From NCBI GenBank assembly GCA_000004985.1, contig GG738871.1: a DNA stretch of 64,000 nt. The stretch is one strand, 5' to 3'. This document shows, piece after piece, positions 23,358-34,798 of the stretch; position 1 is the stretch's first letter, and each line of letters starts with the position of its first letter. The DNA comes from Naegleria gruberi (lineage: Eukaryota). The position numbers and the translations under genes are program-made. Below the pieces are notes generated by a model that saw only the letters and a program-made list of their open reading frames with translations, did no database searches and was not told the origin of the DNA.

Positions 23358-25070
23358 TTATTTTTCAACTAATGGTATTAAGAAATGGTTTGGTATTTTA
23401 CAATCGAAATAGGTTTCAGTCATTCTGATTTTTCTGAGTTTTTCAAACTTTTCTCGTTTAGGAAAAAAGCAAAATCCGTTCTGTTTAGCAGCAATTTCGC
23501 TTATTGTTTCATCTTTACGATGCAATGGAGCATGATATAATAAAAATCCATTCTTTTTAACCAATTCCATTACAATATTTCGATTTTTTAAAATTAAAAA
23601 ATTCATTTCTTCTCTTCCAATTTTCACATTTGGATTACGGACTTTCCATAGCCTTTCGTCATTGGTCAACCTATCTGAAGCTCCAAAAAAAGACCCTTTA
23701 TATTTGACTGCTGCCTCAACAACCTCAATATCGTTCTTTAGTTCGCTTGCCTCAATAAGAACACTTTTTAAAATTGAATCATTTTTCAATAATCGAATAA
23801 TGAATTGCTTGTCTCTCTTCAGAGTTGGATCTAAGAGTCTCATAAAATTCTGACAATTATTGTTATTTTCCAAAAGGGATTCAATAAATTCTTTGTCATG
23901 TTGTAACTCATTAGAGGCAAATAGGAAAGCCTTACACTCTTTCTTTACAGCATGTGTTACGATAGATTTGTCATTAATCAACACATCAGATGCAGCTTCC
24001 AAAGCTGAAGGAAAATTTGATATGGCTTCCCATACAATTTCATAATCATTTCTGTAAATATAGGGACAATAACAAAGCACGCCCCCTGATTTTCTCACAG
24101 TTTGCAAAACCAAATCTCTGTCAATACTATCCTCTTTCATCTTTGGAAAAATATACTCTATTCCATTGACGGCCAATTGTAACATCTCTCTAACAAATAG
24201 ATCATCATTCTTTAACTCTTCAGATGCATACATCATTGCACTTCCATGGATTAATATTGATCTTTTTACAATTTCTCTATGATTTCGGAATTCAGGTTTG
24301 ATAAATTCAATAATATTTGCAAATAAAGAACATTCCAAAATAAAGTCAACATCTTGCTTCAGATCATCGGTTGCATATTTAAATTGATATCGATTTTTTT
24401 TCACACAATTCAAAACCAATTCTCTATTGGATTTTAGCTCATCAGGGAATGATTCTAGACATGAGAAATGTTTCAAAATTTCAATGTCATTATGAAATTC
24501 TTTGGGTAAAAGGTGTTTTAGATCGGTCGAATTCATTCTTGCTATCATCTCTTTATGCGTGAAAAACAATCTATCACTTGCCAATTCATCTAAATAGGGT
24601 AGTAATGTCTCTCCGATTTTTACTTGGTAAGGCTCAATATTAGAAAGGACGAATTCTCTATTATTTCTCAATTCTTTTGACGCAAATTGAAACATGTTTG
24701 GAAAAATCATACAACAATCTTTCACAATTTGTGGATTGTTTTTAACATGAAAAGGTGAATCTTCACATAGCTGAAAATAATATTCCAATCTGAGGTTATA
24801 TTCTAAATACCAATAAAAAAACTTTTGTGCTATTGGATTTTTCTTGCCATTAGAAATTACAAACTCAAAAACTTCTTTATCATCAGTAAATTCGAGAGGC
24901 AAAAATTTGAATCTGTCTGGGTTCTCAAAATGTAAACGTCTGTTTTCGAGATAAAGAAGAAATCCTTTTTGTTGAGTTTGAAATTTTCGGATTAAAAGTT
25001 TGACTTGATGAGAAATGCAATGATCAAAATCTATCAGATAGAGAGTGGTGTGATGTGTGCTTCCAGACAT
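23358..25070 (-). CDS. DUF4116-repeat protein.
   Basis: About 12 degenerate ~35-aa repeats of the form ELKNNREFVLSNI / DELKSNRELVLNCVKKNRYQFKYATDDLKQDVDFIL / ELKNDIEVVEAAVKYKG. Single 570-aa ORF. Confidence 0.6.
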   Translation of the reverse strand: MSGSTHHTTLYLIDFDHCISHQVKLLIRKFQTQQKGFLLYLENRRLHFENPDRFKFLPLEFTDDKEVFEFVISNGKKNPIAQKFFYWYLEYNLRLEYYFQLCEDSPFHVKNNPQIVKDCCMIFPNMFQFASKELRNNREFVLSNIEPYQVKIGETLLPYLDELASDRLFFTHKEMIARMNSTDLKHLLPKEFHNDIEILKHFSCLESFPDELKSNRELVLNCVKKNRYQFKYATDDLKQDVDFILECSLFANIIEFIKPEFRNHREIVKRSILIHGSAMMYASEELKNDDLFVREMLQLAVNGIEYIFPKMKEDSIDRDLVLQTVRKSGGVLCYCPYIYRNDYEIVWEAISNFPSALEAASDVLINDKSIVTHAVKKECKAFLFASNELQHDKEFIESLLENNNNCQNFMRLLDPTLKRDKQFIIRLLKNDSILKSVLIEASELKNDIEVVEAAVKYKGSFFGASDRLTNDERLWKVRNPNVKIGREEMNFLILKNRNIVMELVKKNGFLLYHAPLHRKDETISEIAAKQNGFCFFPKREKFEKLRKIRMTETYFDCKIPNHFLIPLVEK

Positions 25071-25183
25071 TTTTTAGTGGTTGACTGTTCAGTTCGTGAA
25101 AGTTAAGTAACCTCCATTTACAGAGTATTATTCTAAACAAGATATTCAATAAATATTCACATCAAAAGTTACATTGTTGATAA

Positions 25184-26807
25184 TTAGTAAAAGGAAATAT
25201 TCATCTTGGCAAGTTGCCTTGGTGCAATATAGGAATAGTAAATCCACTTTTCTAAGAATTGAGGTTTTTTGTGTCTATACTTTACAATGAAAGGATGTTG
25301 GAGAAGACTTGTCGCACTTGGTCTTTCTTTTCTATTGACTCTTAATGTAGAATAAATAAAATCTTTGAACTCGTCAGATGCACCTTCGAGAGGGAATGGA
25401 GCATCAGTTGATTTTTCCAAAAAGTTTAACATGTCCCATATTGAGGCGTTAGCACTTAAAACAAATGGAAATACTCCTAGAAATGCTTCAGCAATAGTTA
25501 AACCAAATGACCAAATATCTGAATCGTAAGAATGTGGTTGACCTCTAATTCTCTCGATCGACATGTATGCATGGGTTCCACAGTATGTTTCAAATTTACA
25601 GGTTTGTTGGAGATTTTGCAAGTACTTTTGTGATCTTTCTAGACCAGCCATTCCAAAGTCTGCAATGCAAACCTCTCCTGTATTGTGGACCAAAACATTG
25701 GCAGGTTTCTTTTAACCATTATTAATCATCAAGATTCAATAAACTTACAATATCTCGATGAACAATTTTCTTTACAGTGTGCAAATATTCCAACCCTAAA
25801 AGCAATTGTTCACAAATCCTCGAAAGAATACTCTCTGGTATTCTGCCTGAAACAGCTAAAACATCTTCCAAAGATCCACAATCTTAAACAGTTACAAATA
25901 GAGCTAGTTCAATTACATACCCATAAATTTCAGTATCATTAAAATACAGCCTTGTCTATAATAGGCGTCATATAGAGTCATTACATAGGGACAGTCGCTG
26001 AAATAAACAAGTAAATGAATCATTGACATTTTCAAAAACTTACTTGTTATACAGTGCTTTAAATTCTGAGACAATTAACTTGGGTTTTTGATCGTTTAAA
26101 TCTACAGTAATTTTCTTCATTGCATAAATTTGTTTCGTCTTTTTATGCATTACTTTATAGACTGTTGAGGAGGCTCCCTTTCCTAATTTACAAACTTCCT
26201 CAAGATCCTCATAAATCATGTGTTCAGTATTTACAAAAGACATGGATGATGAAACGTTATTAGAAGGTGATGAAGAGGTAGAATAATCCATGCTAGTCCT
26301 AAATTGTTCTGATGCAATACTTCCACCACTCGATGGAGATGACTGCAAAAAGGGAGTATGCAATTTTGAAATGGTAGATTGATGAATACCATCTTGACCA
26401 ATCACAATTTGATCTCCAAATCTAAATGTTCCATCATTTCTATTAGTTTATAGTTTTTGATCCAATTCATGATGATATTGTGACGATTAAATAATAATAT
26501 TTAATAATTCAAAATACTATTATATACTGTACATTTTAACTGCTTCATCCACATATTTCTCCTCAGCAATTTTAATTATTTCCGTTGGAATAGTCGTATC
26601 TGGTTGTTCCGATGGTGTTGTTACATTTCCCAATATTAAATTTGTAGGTTTGTTTTTTCTAGGCTTTTTTGATTTGTTACTTGATGATGGTGAAGATGAA
26701 ATAGATGGTGAGGAAACATTCGATGAACTCGAGTAATCTTCATCATCCAAATTCATTCCACTCAATGAGGTTGTTATATTGGTGAGGTTGCAACCTTCTT
26801 CTCCCAT
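25184..26807 (-). CDS. MAP kinase kinase (STE7/MEK)-like Ser/Thr protein kinase. Five exons: 26533..26807, 26044..26439, 25921..25997, 25749..25882, 25184..25708.
   Basis: Kinase subdomains are reconstructed across four tiny introns of 93, 46, 38 and 40 nt: GKGASSTVYKVMHKKTKQIYAMKKI, ...KALYN/NDCPYVMTLYDAYYRQGCILMILKFM/DCGSLEDVLAVSGRIPESILSRICEQLLLGLEYLHTVKKIVHRDI/KPANVLVHNTGEVCIADFG...GTHAYMSIERI. The N-terminus has a MAPK-docking-like KKPRKNKPTNLIL motif. Confidence 0.7.
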
Positions 26808-27638
26808 TATTTCTTCTCAATTTTGTTGTTGTTGTTGTGGTGGAATTTGTTGTGGTTGTATTGCTGTTGGCTAAGAAGAGAAAAAAATTCGTGATAATGA
26901 TGACTACAGCAACCTCTTGATGGTGATCAAAGAACTAATTCAAGCAAAGAAGAAGTAGTGAAGAAAAATAGTAGTACTGCTCGGATGGAGAGAATGATGT
27001 GTTTCTGATTATCTCTATGGTGAGAATTTTTTTGATTTAAAGAAGAGACTTGATCTTTGTCAACTATCATCGGTTACATTCCGTTCTTTCCTTTCTATTG
27101 GTTGGCATTACGTTTTATTTTACTCTCAATTAATATTACAAATTTTAAATTTAATTATCATGTGATGAAATTTTCAGTGCATACAATCATGGTTGCATTT
27201 GGATTGATTTCAAGTCATTACGGTATTTAAAGCCTTAAATTTGAAAAATCGAAAAGTCCATGCAAGGTTTTAATGCTGAACTTGGAGGTTGCCATCTTTG
27301 AAGAAAAGTTGGAGAGACACTTTCACTTACAGCACTTTAATGATAAGACAATGTTTTGTAACAGCACTATATCAAGCCAAACAGGTAATAATGTCTATTT
27401 GGAATTGATTTTGTTGCATTTTACCGTTGACAGTTAGTTGATTGAATTTTGCATTGTTGTGTTCTTTGAACAAAACACCGTTCCCATCAATCACTTAATA
27501 GTACCAAAATTGACATTGATTTCACGATTGTGGAGCTACTAAGGTTTGACATGACGAGGGAATTGAACAGTTACCCGAACAGCATACAATTTCAGTGTCT
27601 GGCTTTTAACAAACACAAAAAACAAAAATCAAAAAAAC

Positions 27639-30600
27639 ATGGTTACTGGAGGCAATCTTTCAGTATCTTGCTTTAAACAAGATGTAAAATCAGTTAGAGG
27701 CCTCATTGTCCTTCTCTTGTTGATTCTCTGTTTGACAACAATTGAGAAATGTTGTGGATATTACTACACAATGAATACTGTTGGTACCTTCACTTCTGGA
27801 ACCACCTTGTATCAAATGGACAAGTCCAAATTCTTCGCTAACAGATTCTACGTAGCAACAAGTGGAGGTCTTCAGTATTTCACTGTATCAAGTGGTGTGG
27901 CAAATCCAAGTAATTCTTATGTGTATAGTGGTGGGTTTCAAACTACCAGTATGGCAAATGTTGTTGTCAGAAGTACATCATCAAGTAAAGATGATGTTTT
28001 TTCTGGTACCATTAACACCTCCACTTGGAGGTATGGTTCAATAGCCAGTTCAACCACTACTGGTAATTCACTCACCAGTTGTGGCGTTATTGTTGCTGGT
28101 GTAAAACTCGATGCAAGCTCTACAACTTTTTCTGTGATTGGCAATGGTGTTGTGGGTACATTAACAATGACAACAGGTGGTAGTGCATCTTGTTCTGCAG
28201 TTACCTCATTTACAGGAGTTTCTGGCACAAGTACCACGCCATCTACTGATGGCACAGGTAGCGCAGCTACTGTTTACTCTAGTGGTACTCATGACATTAC
28301 CAAAAATTCAACATCTGGTGTAAGTATGAGAAAATTCAATTAATTAGATCTAACAACTGGCAGGTTTATTATTTTACTGAGGATTCAAAGATTAGAAAGG
28401 TTGTTTCAACTACTATCACAACTCTGGTAGGAGGAACTACTGGTACAGTGACAGATGGTACTCTCTCCTCTGCTACAGTTAAAAATCCAAGTTTCATGTC
28501 CATCTTGGGTGCAGGTGTAAGTTTTATTGCATTGTTATGATATATTAAACTGTTAACAGCTTGTATTTTCGGATACTGGTAGTAATAGAATTAGAGTTTT
28601 GGATACAGCCAATGAAGAAGTTGTTACTATTGCTGGTGGTGGCTCAACTACCCCATCAGGTACTGCTTCACTATCTGGTGCAGCAACAGGTTTTTCTTTA
28701 ACTAGCCCAAGAGGCATTTATGTGGACACTGATGACAGTATTTATTTTGTTGAAGGAATTTATGTTAGAAAGCTTGTCTATTCTTGTGAAGCAAATGAAA
28801 TTTATCAAGCAGGCTCATTCCCACCATGTGCTTGTAATACTACTGCTGGTTATGTGAGATCTGGAACTTCTTGCGTACCTACCTGTTCCAATTGTAATGT
28901 CAATCAAACATGTACTGGTCCAGAAACTTGTTCTTGTAAGAGTGGATATTCAGGAACAGATTGTTCTGCTTTTACCTGTTTTGGTGTAGCTCAAGATTCT
29001 ACATCTGTTTGTAATTCTAAAGGATATTGTGTTGCACCTGACACGTGTATATGTAGTGATACCTCCACTTTCTTTGGGTCAAATTGTAATGTGACTTATT
29101 GTAATTCTATTCCATCAACGAGTGGTAGTGTTTGTTCAGGACATGGAAGTTGTACTGATTATAATACTTGTACTTGTAGTGATACCAATTCATGGACAGG
29201 ATCTGATTGTGGAACACCTGTATGTGCAGTTGTGAGTGGAGGTGTTTGTTCTGGAAGAGGTAGTTGTACAGCTCCAAATATTTGCACTTGTAATGAACCA
29301 TCAAAATATGGTGGATCTTCATGTGAAATTCCAAAATGTAATGGAACACTTCAAGGCAATTCTGGTGTTTGCAATGGAAGAGGTTCTTGTATTGATGTTG
29401 ATACTTGTCAATGCACTGTTCCAACCTCTTGGGGTGGTTCATTCTGTGAAAAACCATACTGCTCTGGAATTTTACAAGGTGCAGCTGGTGTTTGTTCAAA
29501 TAGAGGAGTTTGTTCATCTCCTGATTCTTGTGTTTGTAATGAACAAACAAAGTATGGTGGTTCAAATTGTCAACTTGTCAAATGTGGAGGTTATTTGGAA
29601 ACAGACTCTGCTGTTTGTAACAAGAATGGTTCATGTATTGCTGTTGATACTTGTTCCTGTAATTCAAATTATGGTGGTTCAGATTGTCAATATCCAAAGT
29701 GTAATGGCATTGCTTCGAATAGTGGTAGTGTTTGTAATTCACAAGGATCATGTGTTGCACCAAATGTTTGTGTCTGTAATTCAAATTATGCTGGACCATT
29801 ATGCGAATATCCAAAATGTAATGGCGTAGCTTCCAATGATGCAAGTGTTTGCAATTCGAATGGAACTTGTACTGGTGTTAATACTTGTGTTTGTAATGTT
29901 AACTATACAGGATCATATTGTCAATATCCAAAATGTAATGGAATATCTTCCAATGATGCAAGTGTTTGTAATAACAAAGGTGGTAATTGTATTGCACCAA
30001 ATGTTTGTTCATGTAATTCAAGTTATACTGGTCAATTCTGTCAATTCCCAAAGTGTAATGGTATTGGATCCAATGATGCAAGTGTTTGTAATGCAAATGG
30101 TACTTGTATTGGAATTAATGTTTGTTCATGCAATTCAAATTATGCTGGTCCATATTGTCAATATCCAAAATGTAATGGTATTGCTTCAAATAGTGGTAGT
30201 GTTTGTAATTCACAAGGATCATGTGTTGCACCAAATGTTTGCGCCTGTAATTCAAATTATGCTGGTACATATTGTGATAAACCAAGATGTGGAACCTTTT
30301 ATAAGGGAGATGCTTCTGTTTGTAATTCGAGAGGTAGTTGTGATGCTGTTGATAGTTGTACTTGTAGTGATACATCTTCTTGGGGTGGTAATTTGTGTCA
30401 ATATCCAAAATGTAATGGTGTTCTTTCAAATATTGGAACTGTTTGTAGCAGTAGAGGTACTTGTCAATCTCCAAACAATTGTTCATGCACTGATCCAAAT
30501 TCATATGGTGGTTCATATTGTGAAAAAGCAAAATGTTATGGAATTCTTCAAGGAGATTCAAATGTTTGCAGTGGACATGGTACTTGTAGTGGTGTGAATC

Positions 30601-32542
30601 AATGTTCATGCAGTGCTGGATATGGAGGTGAACAATGTCAATATCCAAAATGTTTCAATATTTTGAGTAATGAAACAACAGTTTGTAACAATAGAAACGG
30701 TACTTGTACTGCACCTGACACTTGTTCATGTAATAATGGATGGACTGGAAGCAAGTGTGATGTTGCCATTTGTTTTTCAATTCTCTCCAATTCAACAAGT
30801 GTTTGTTCAAACAAGAGAGGTAATTGTGTCACACCAGATAATTGTGTTTGTAAAAGTCAATATTCAGGTTCTCAATGTGAATATACCACTTGTTCTGGAA
30901 TAAGATCAGATCAACATCGACAGTATGTTATGGAAATGGTCAATGTATTGATTATTTACTTGTAATTGTACAACTGGTTATGGACCATCCAATGTATGTC
31001 AATATCCAATTTGTGGTGGTTATTTAGCAAATGATACCAGAGTTTGTAACAATTCAAGAGGTGTTTGTTCCAAACCAAATACATGTAGACCATTAGATCC
31101 CGTATGTTATGGTAAAGCTCAGAATAATTCAATGGTTTGCAGTGGAAATGGAGCATGTGTTGATTGGGATTATTGTGAATGTAAAACTGGTTTCAATGGA
31201 AATGAATGTCAAAATTGGGAATGTTATGGAAAGAATTATACCAACTCAAATGTTTGTAACAATAGAAATGGTACCTGTTCATCTGTGAATAATTGTGTTT
31301 GCAACAGTGGATGGTATGGAAATGAATGTACAGTTCCAATGTGTAATGGAATTCTTGCTAATTCATCTCTCATTTGTAACAATAGAAATGGTACCTGCTC
31401 CAAACCAGGTGCATGTCAATGTAATACTGGATACACAGGACCTGATTGCTCCATTCCAATTTGTTATGGAAAATTAGGCAAGTGACACAAGTAATGTTTG
31501 TTCAGGAAGAGCAGAATGTATTGGTTATAACAAGTGTAATTGTGACACTTCCAAGTATAGTGGTTCACAATGTGAATATTTCAAATGTTTTGGTATTCCA
31601 TCAAATGATGCTTCAGTTTGCAGCAGAAACGGAACATGCTCTGGAGTGAATCAATGTTCTTGTAATTATGGTTATGGTTCTTCAAATTGTGACATTTTCA
31701 CATGTTCAAACGTTCTTGCCACCGATTCGAGTGTTTGCACTGGAAAGGGTGTATGTTATGGAATTGACAAGTGTTCATGTGATTCAGGATATTTTGGATC
31801 AAATTGTGAAATTATCTCCTGTTATGGAATTCCAAAGTCCAACAATACTGTATGTGGAGGAGTTGGTGAATGTTCACAACTTGATACATGTGTTTGTGGA
31901 AGCAATTATAGAGGATCAATGTGTGAATTATCTTACACCTCTTCATCTCAAGCAACACTTCAATTCAATAATACGAATGAATATGTGAATGAACAATTCA
32001 CAAGCATGGCCACTTTGACAATTAATAATCCTCTCTTCGGTCAATATTATTTGAGAAGAAGTGTTCAAGTTGTTGTTTCATTTGAAATTAATTCACAATT
32101 CAGTTATTCTGAAACACTTTATATTGAAAATGGAGTTTCATCTGTTTCATTAATGGTGAAATCGTTGAGTCAAACTGGTACATTGAAAGCATCTGCTCAA
32201 TTAATTGATAATAGTACATTAATTTCCATTTCAGATAGCATTCAATCTTCAAATAGCATTACAATTCAAAATAGACCTATTGTTGTTCCATCCACAACGA
32301 CATCCACAATCAAACCAACAACCTCTGCACAAACAAGTAGAGCTGTTATCGATACAGGAAGTAATGGTGGAGCCATTGCAGCTGGTATCATTGTTCCAGT
32401 GGCAGTTATTGGAATTGGAGGTGGTGTCACTGCAGCCATTGTCACAGCAGTTGTTTTGTTAAAGAAGAAGGCTGCTGCAGCTGCTGCCAAAGAAATTACA
32501 CATGCTCAACACGTCAATGTTGAACTAGCTGAAGGTTTCTAA
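27639..32542 (+). pseudogene. NHL-propeller/EGF-repeat membrane protein paralog A. Exons 27639..28319, 28364..28516 and 28560..32542; three frameshifting indels near 30913, 30956 and 31480 relative to paralog B.
   Basis: Same architecture as B (44914..49716). 28860-32542 is ~98% identical to 46030-49716 at nucleotide level, but reading requires frames 0, 1 and 2 (ORFs 28599..30965, 31132..31485, 31646..32542). Could be a recent pseudogene or assembly indels. Confidence 0.55.
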
Positions 32543-32791
32543 TCTTGTTGATAAAAATTCATTACTGCTTTCTCCAAAATATTTTCAATGAAGTCATAAA
32601 GTTGATTTCCAAAACCAATAACTTACATCTTGTATTAAACCTTTATCTTGTTAGAGTTGGCAACATAATGATTTTTCATATTTATTTGGATGTTGTTTTG
32701 TAAACACACTTGTCGAATCAATCCATTGATTTTTGACAAGATCAACACAGTAGTAGCCCGATTAGTCCCTCCATTTTCCATTATAAAAAAA

Positions 32792-34560
32792 ATGCAACAA
32801 CAACAACCTCGCTCAATGATGACATTCATCTTCCATTTCATAATGACAATATGTGTCGTCGTCGTATCATTGATGTTGAATCAAAGTGGTGGTGTAAACG
32901 GAGCAGTGTATCAAGTGAGTGATGCGGTTACTTTGTGGAATACCTTTTCTAAACTACAGGCTGGTATGTACAAGACTCATGACCTATTACATATTATTTA
33001 ACATGGAATGTGCTTGATGATCGGTTATTATTATGGTTGGTGTTGTTTCACATATTGTGTGTGTGGCGCTTGTAATCTTTGTTACTTACATGATTTGCAT
33101 GCTTTTCATAATATCCATGATTGTGTATTTTAAATTTGACTGTGCTCCATATGTTTGGCCAACTTGACAATACTTTTGTGTGAAATTGTGTGTGTGAAAT
33201 GGATGGGTTGTTTGGTGTTTTGATGCTTTTGGTGTTGGTTTTTTTTGCAGGTGATGAAATGGTTATTAGACAAGGAACTTATTCTACATCAACTGGTGGA
33301 TCCTATTATAGACAATTTACATTGAAAGGAACTGAAAGTCAACCAATTAGAGTTTATGCTTTGAAAAACGAAACTGTGGAAATTAAGGGAGATGCAGCTG
33401 GTAGTCAAAATATTCTCAATTTTGATGTTGAATATTTTGTGATGGATAATATTGGGTTCTCACAAGGTAGTCGTGGATTGAGATTTTTAAATTCGAAACA
33501 TTCAGTTTATTCTAATTTGAGAGTTAAAAACACAGGAGATGTTGGTATTGCCATGAATGACGGAAATGCTATTTATCAAAACAATACTTTAAGATATAAT
33601 GAAGTTTCGTATACTGGAGGAACTGGTGAATGTTTCTATTTGGGTTGTAACAATGCTGATTGCAAATTCATTTTCAATTTATTGGAAAATAACTATTGCC
33701 ACCACACATCTACCACCTCCCAAGGAGATGGTATTGAAATCAAAGCTGGAAGTTATGGAAATCTTGTCAGAAACAATGTCATTCATGATGGAAAGTATCC
33801 AGGCATTACCTTGTACAGCACTTATGTGTCTGGTGGTGATGCAGCTGTTGGTATTGCTAATCCAAATATTATTGAAGGAAATATCATTTGGACAGTCGTT
33901 GATAATGGTATACAAGTGACAGGTAATGCAATTATTAGAAATAACATTATTTATAATGCAGGTGCTAGTGGAATTGCCATTCAAGTCAATCAAGGAACTG
34001 TCGAAAATGTCAAAGTATTGCACAATACAGTTGTCAAAGCAGGTGCTGCTTGTATTAGAGTGACAAATTCAGGACCAGGAATTGTCATTGCTAATAATGC
34101 TGCCTATTGTGAAGCTACCAATTCAATTTATATTGCTGCTGCATTGCCTGCTGATGGTGTCATTTCAAGAAATGTCATTCAGGGATCGACTAATGTTCAA
34201 GTTGCGAATGGAACTCTCAATATTGGTAAATTCACAACTGATTTCCAAAGTACTAGCGCCTTGCCATATAATGTTTTCCCAGTTACTTCCAGTAATGTGC
34301 TTGGAAAGGCAGATTCAAAGTATGCAACCACTTATGATTTCAATTTTAATACTAGAAATGGACCAACTTATGACTGTGGTGCTTATCAAGCTAATGGAGC
34401 TACTTCAAATCCTGGTTGGATTCCAAAAGCTGGATTCAAGACAACCACAGCTCCTACACCTAATACATCTACTAAGACTAATGGTGCTGCTGTTGGAAGC
34501 TTTGTGTCAACTCTTGCACTTGTTTTCGTTGCACTTGTGGTAATGTTTACTTTGAATTAA
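32792..34560 (+). CDS. Secreted right-handed parallel beta-helix (pectin-lyase-fold, PbH1-repeat) protein with C-terminal hydrophobic GPI-signal-like tail. Exons 32792..32963 and 33251..34560; intron GTATGT...TTTTTTGCAG.
   Basis: Signal peptide MMTFIFHFIMTICVVVVSLML. Beta-helix rungs NNVIHDG, GNIIWTVVDNGIQVTGNAIIRNNIIYNAGASGIAIQVNQGTVENVKVLHNTVVKAGAACIRV, IANNAAY. Thr/Pro stalk, then terminal VSTLALVFVALVVMFTLN. Confidence 0.6.
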
Positions 34561-34798
34561 TTGAATAAAAATGTTTAAACAAATCTGTTTCTGTTCTTTT
34601 TATCTTTTATTTCTTTTTACATTAAATTTTCAACACCACACCGATTTAAACACTGTTGAAAGGCCAAAGTCCTTCTCTGATATTATCCAGTACCATTGTT
34701 ATTTTAATGGTTGAGGGCATTACAACAATAACATATATATAAGAACTTGTGGTTCATTATGTAATTCGGAATTTAAATAGTTTACTGTATTTACAAAT

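Noticed and set aside
29107-30648. Long minus-strand ORFs rich in His/Tyr/Asn/Lys (e.g. 29107..29565, 29578..29844, 30115..30648) inside EGF gene A; analogous ORFs 46280..46738 and 47288..47821 inside gene B.
   Set aside because: They are the reverse-complement reading of the repetitive Cys-rich coding strand (TGT/AAT/CAA-rich). They are low-complexity, duplicated exactly because the sense strand is duplicated, and lack start context. Antisense artefacts.
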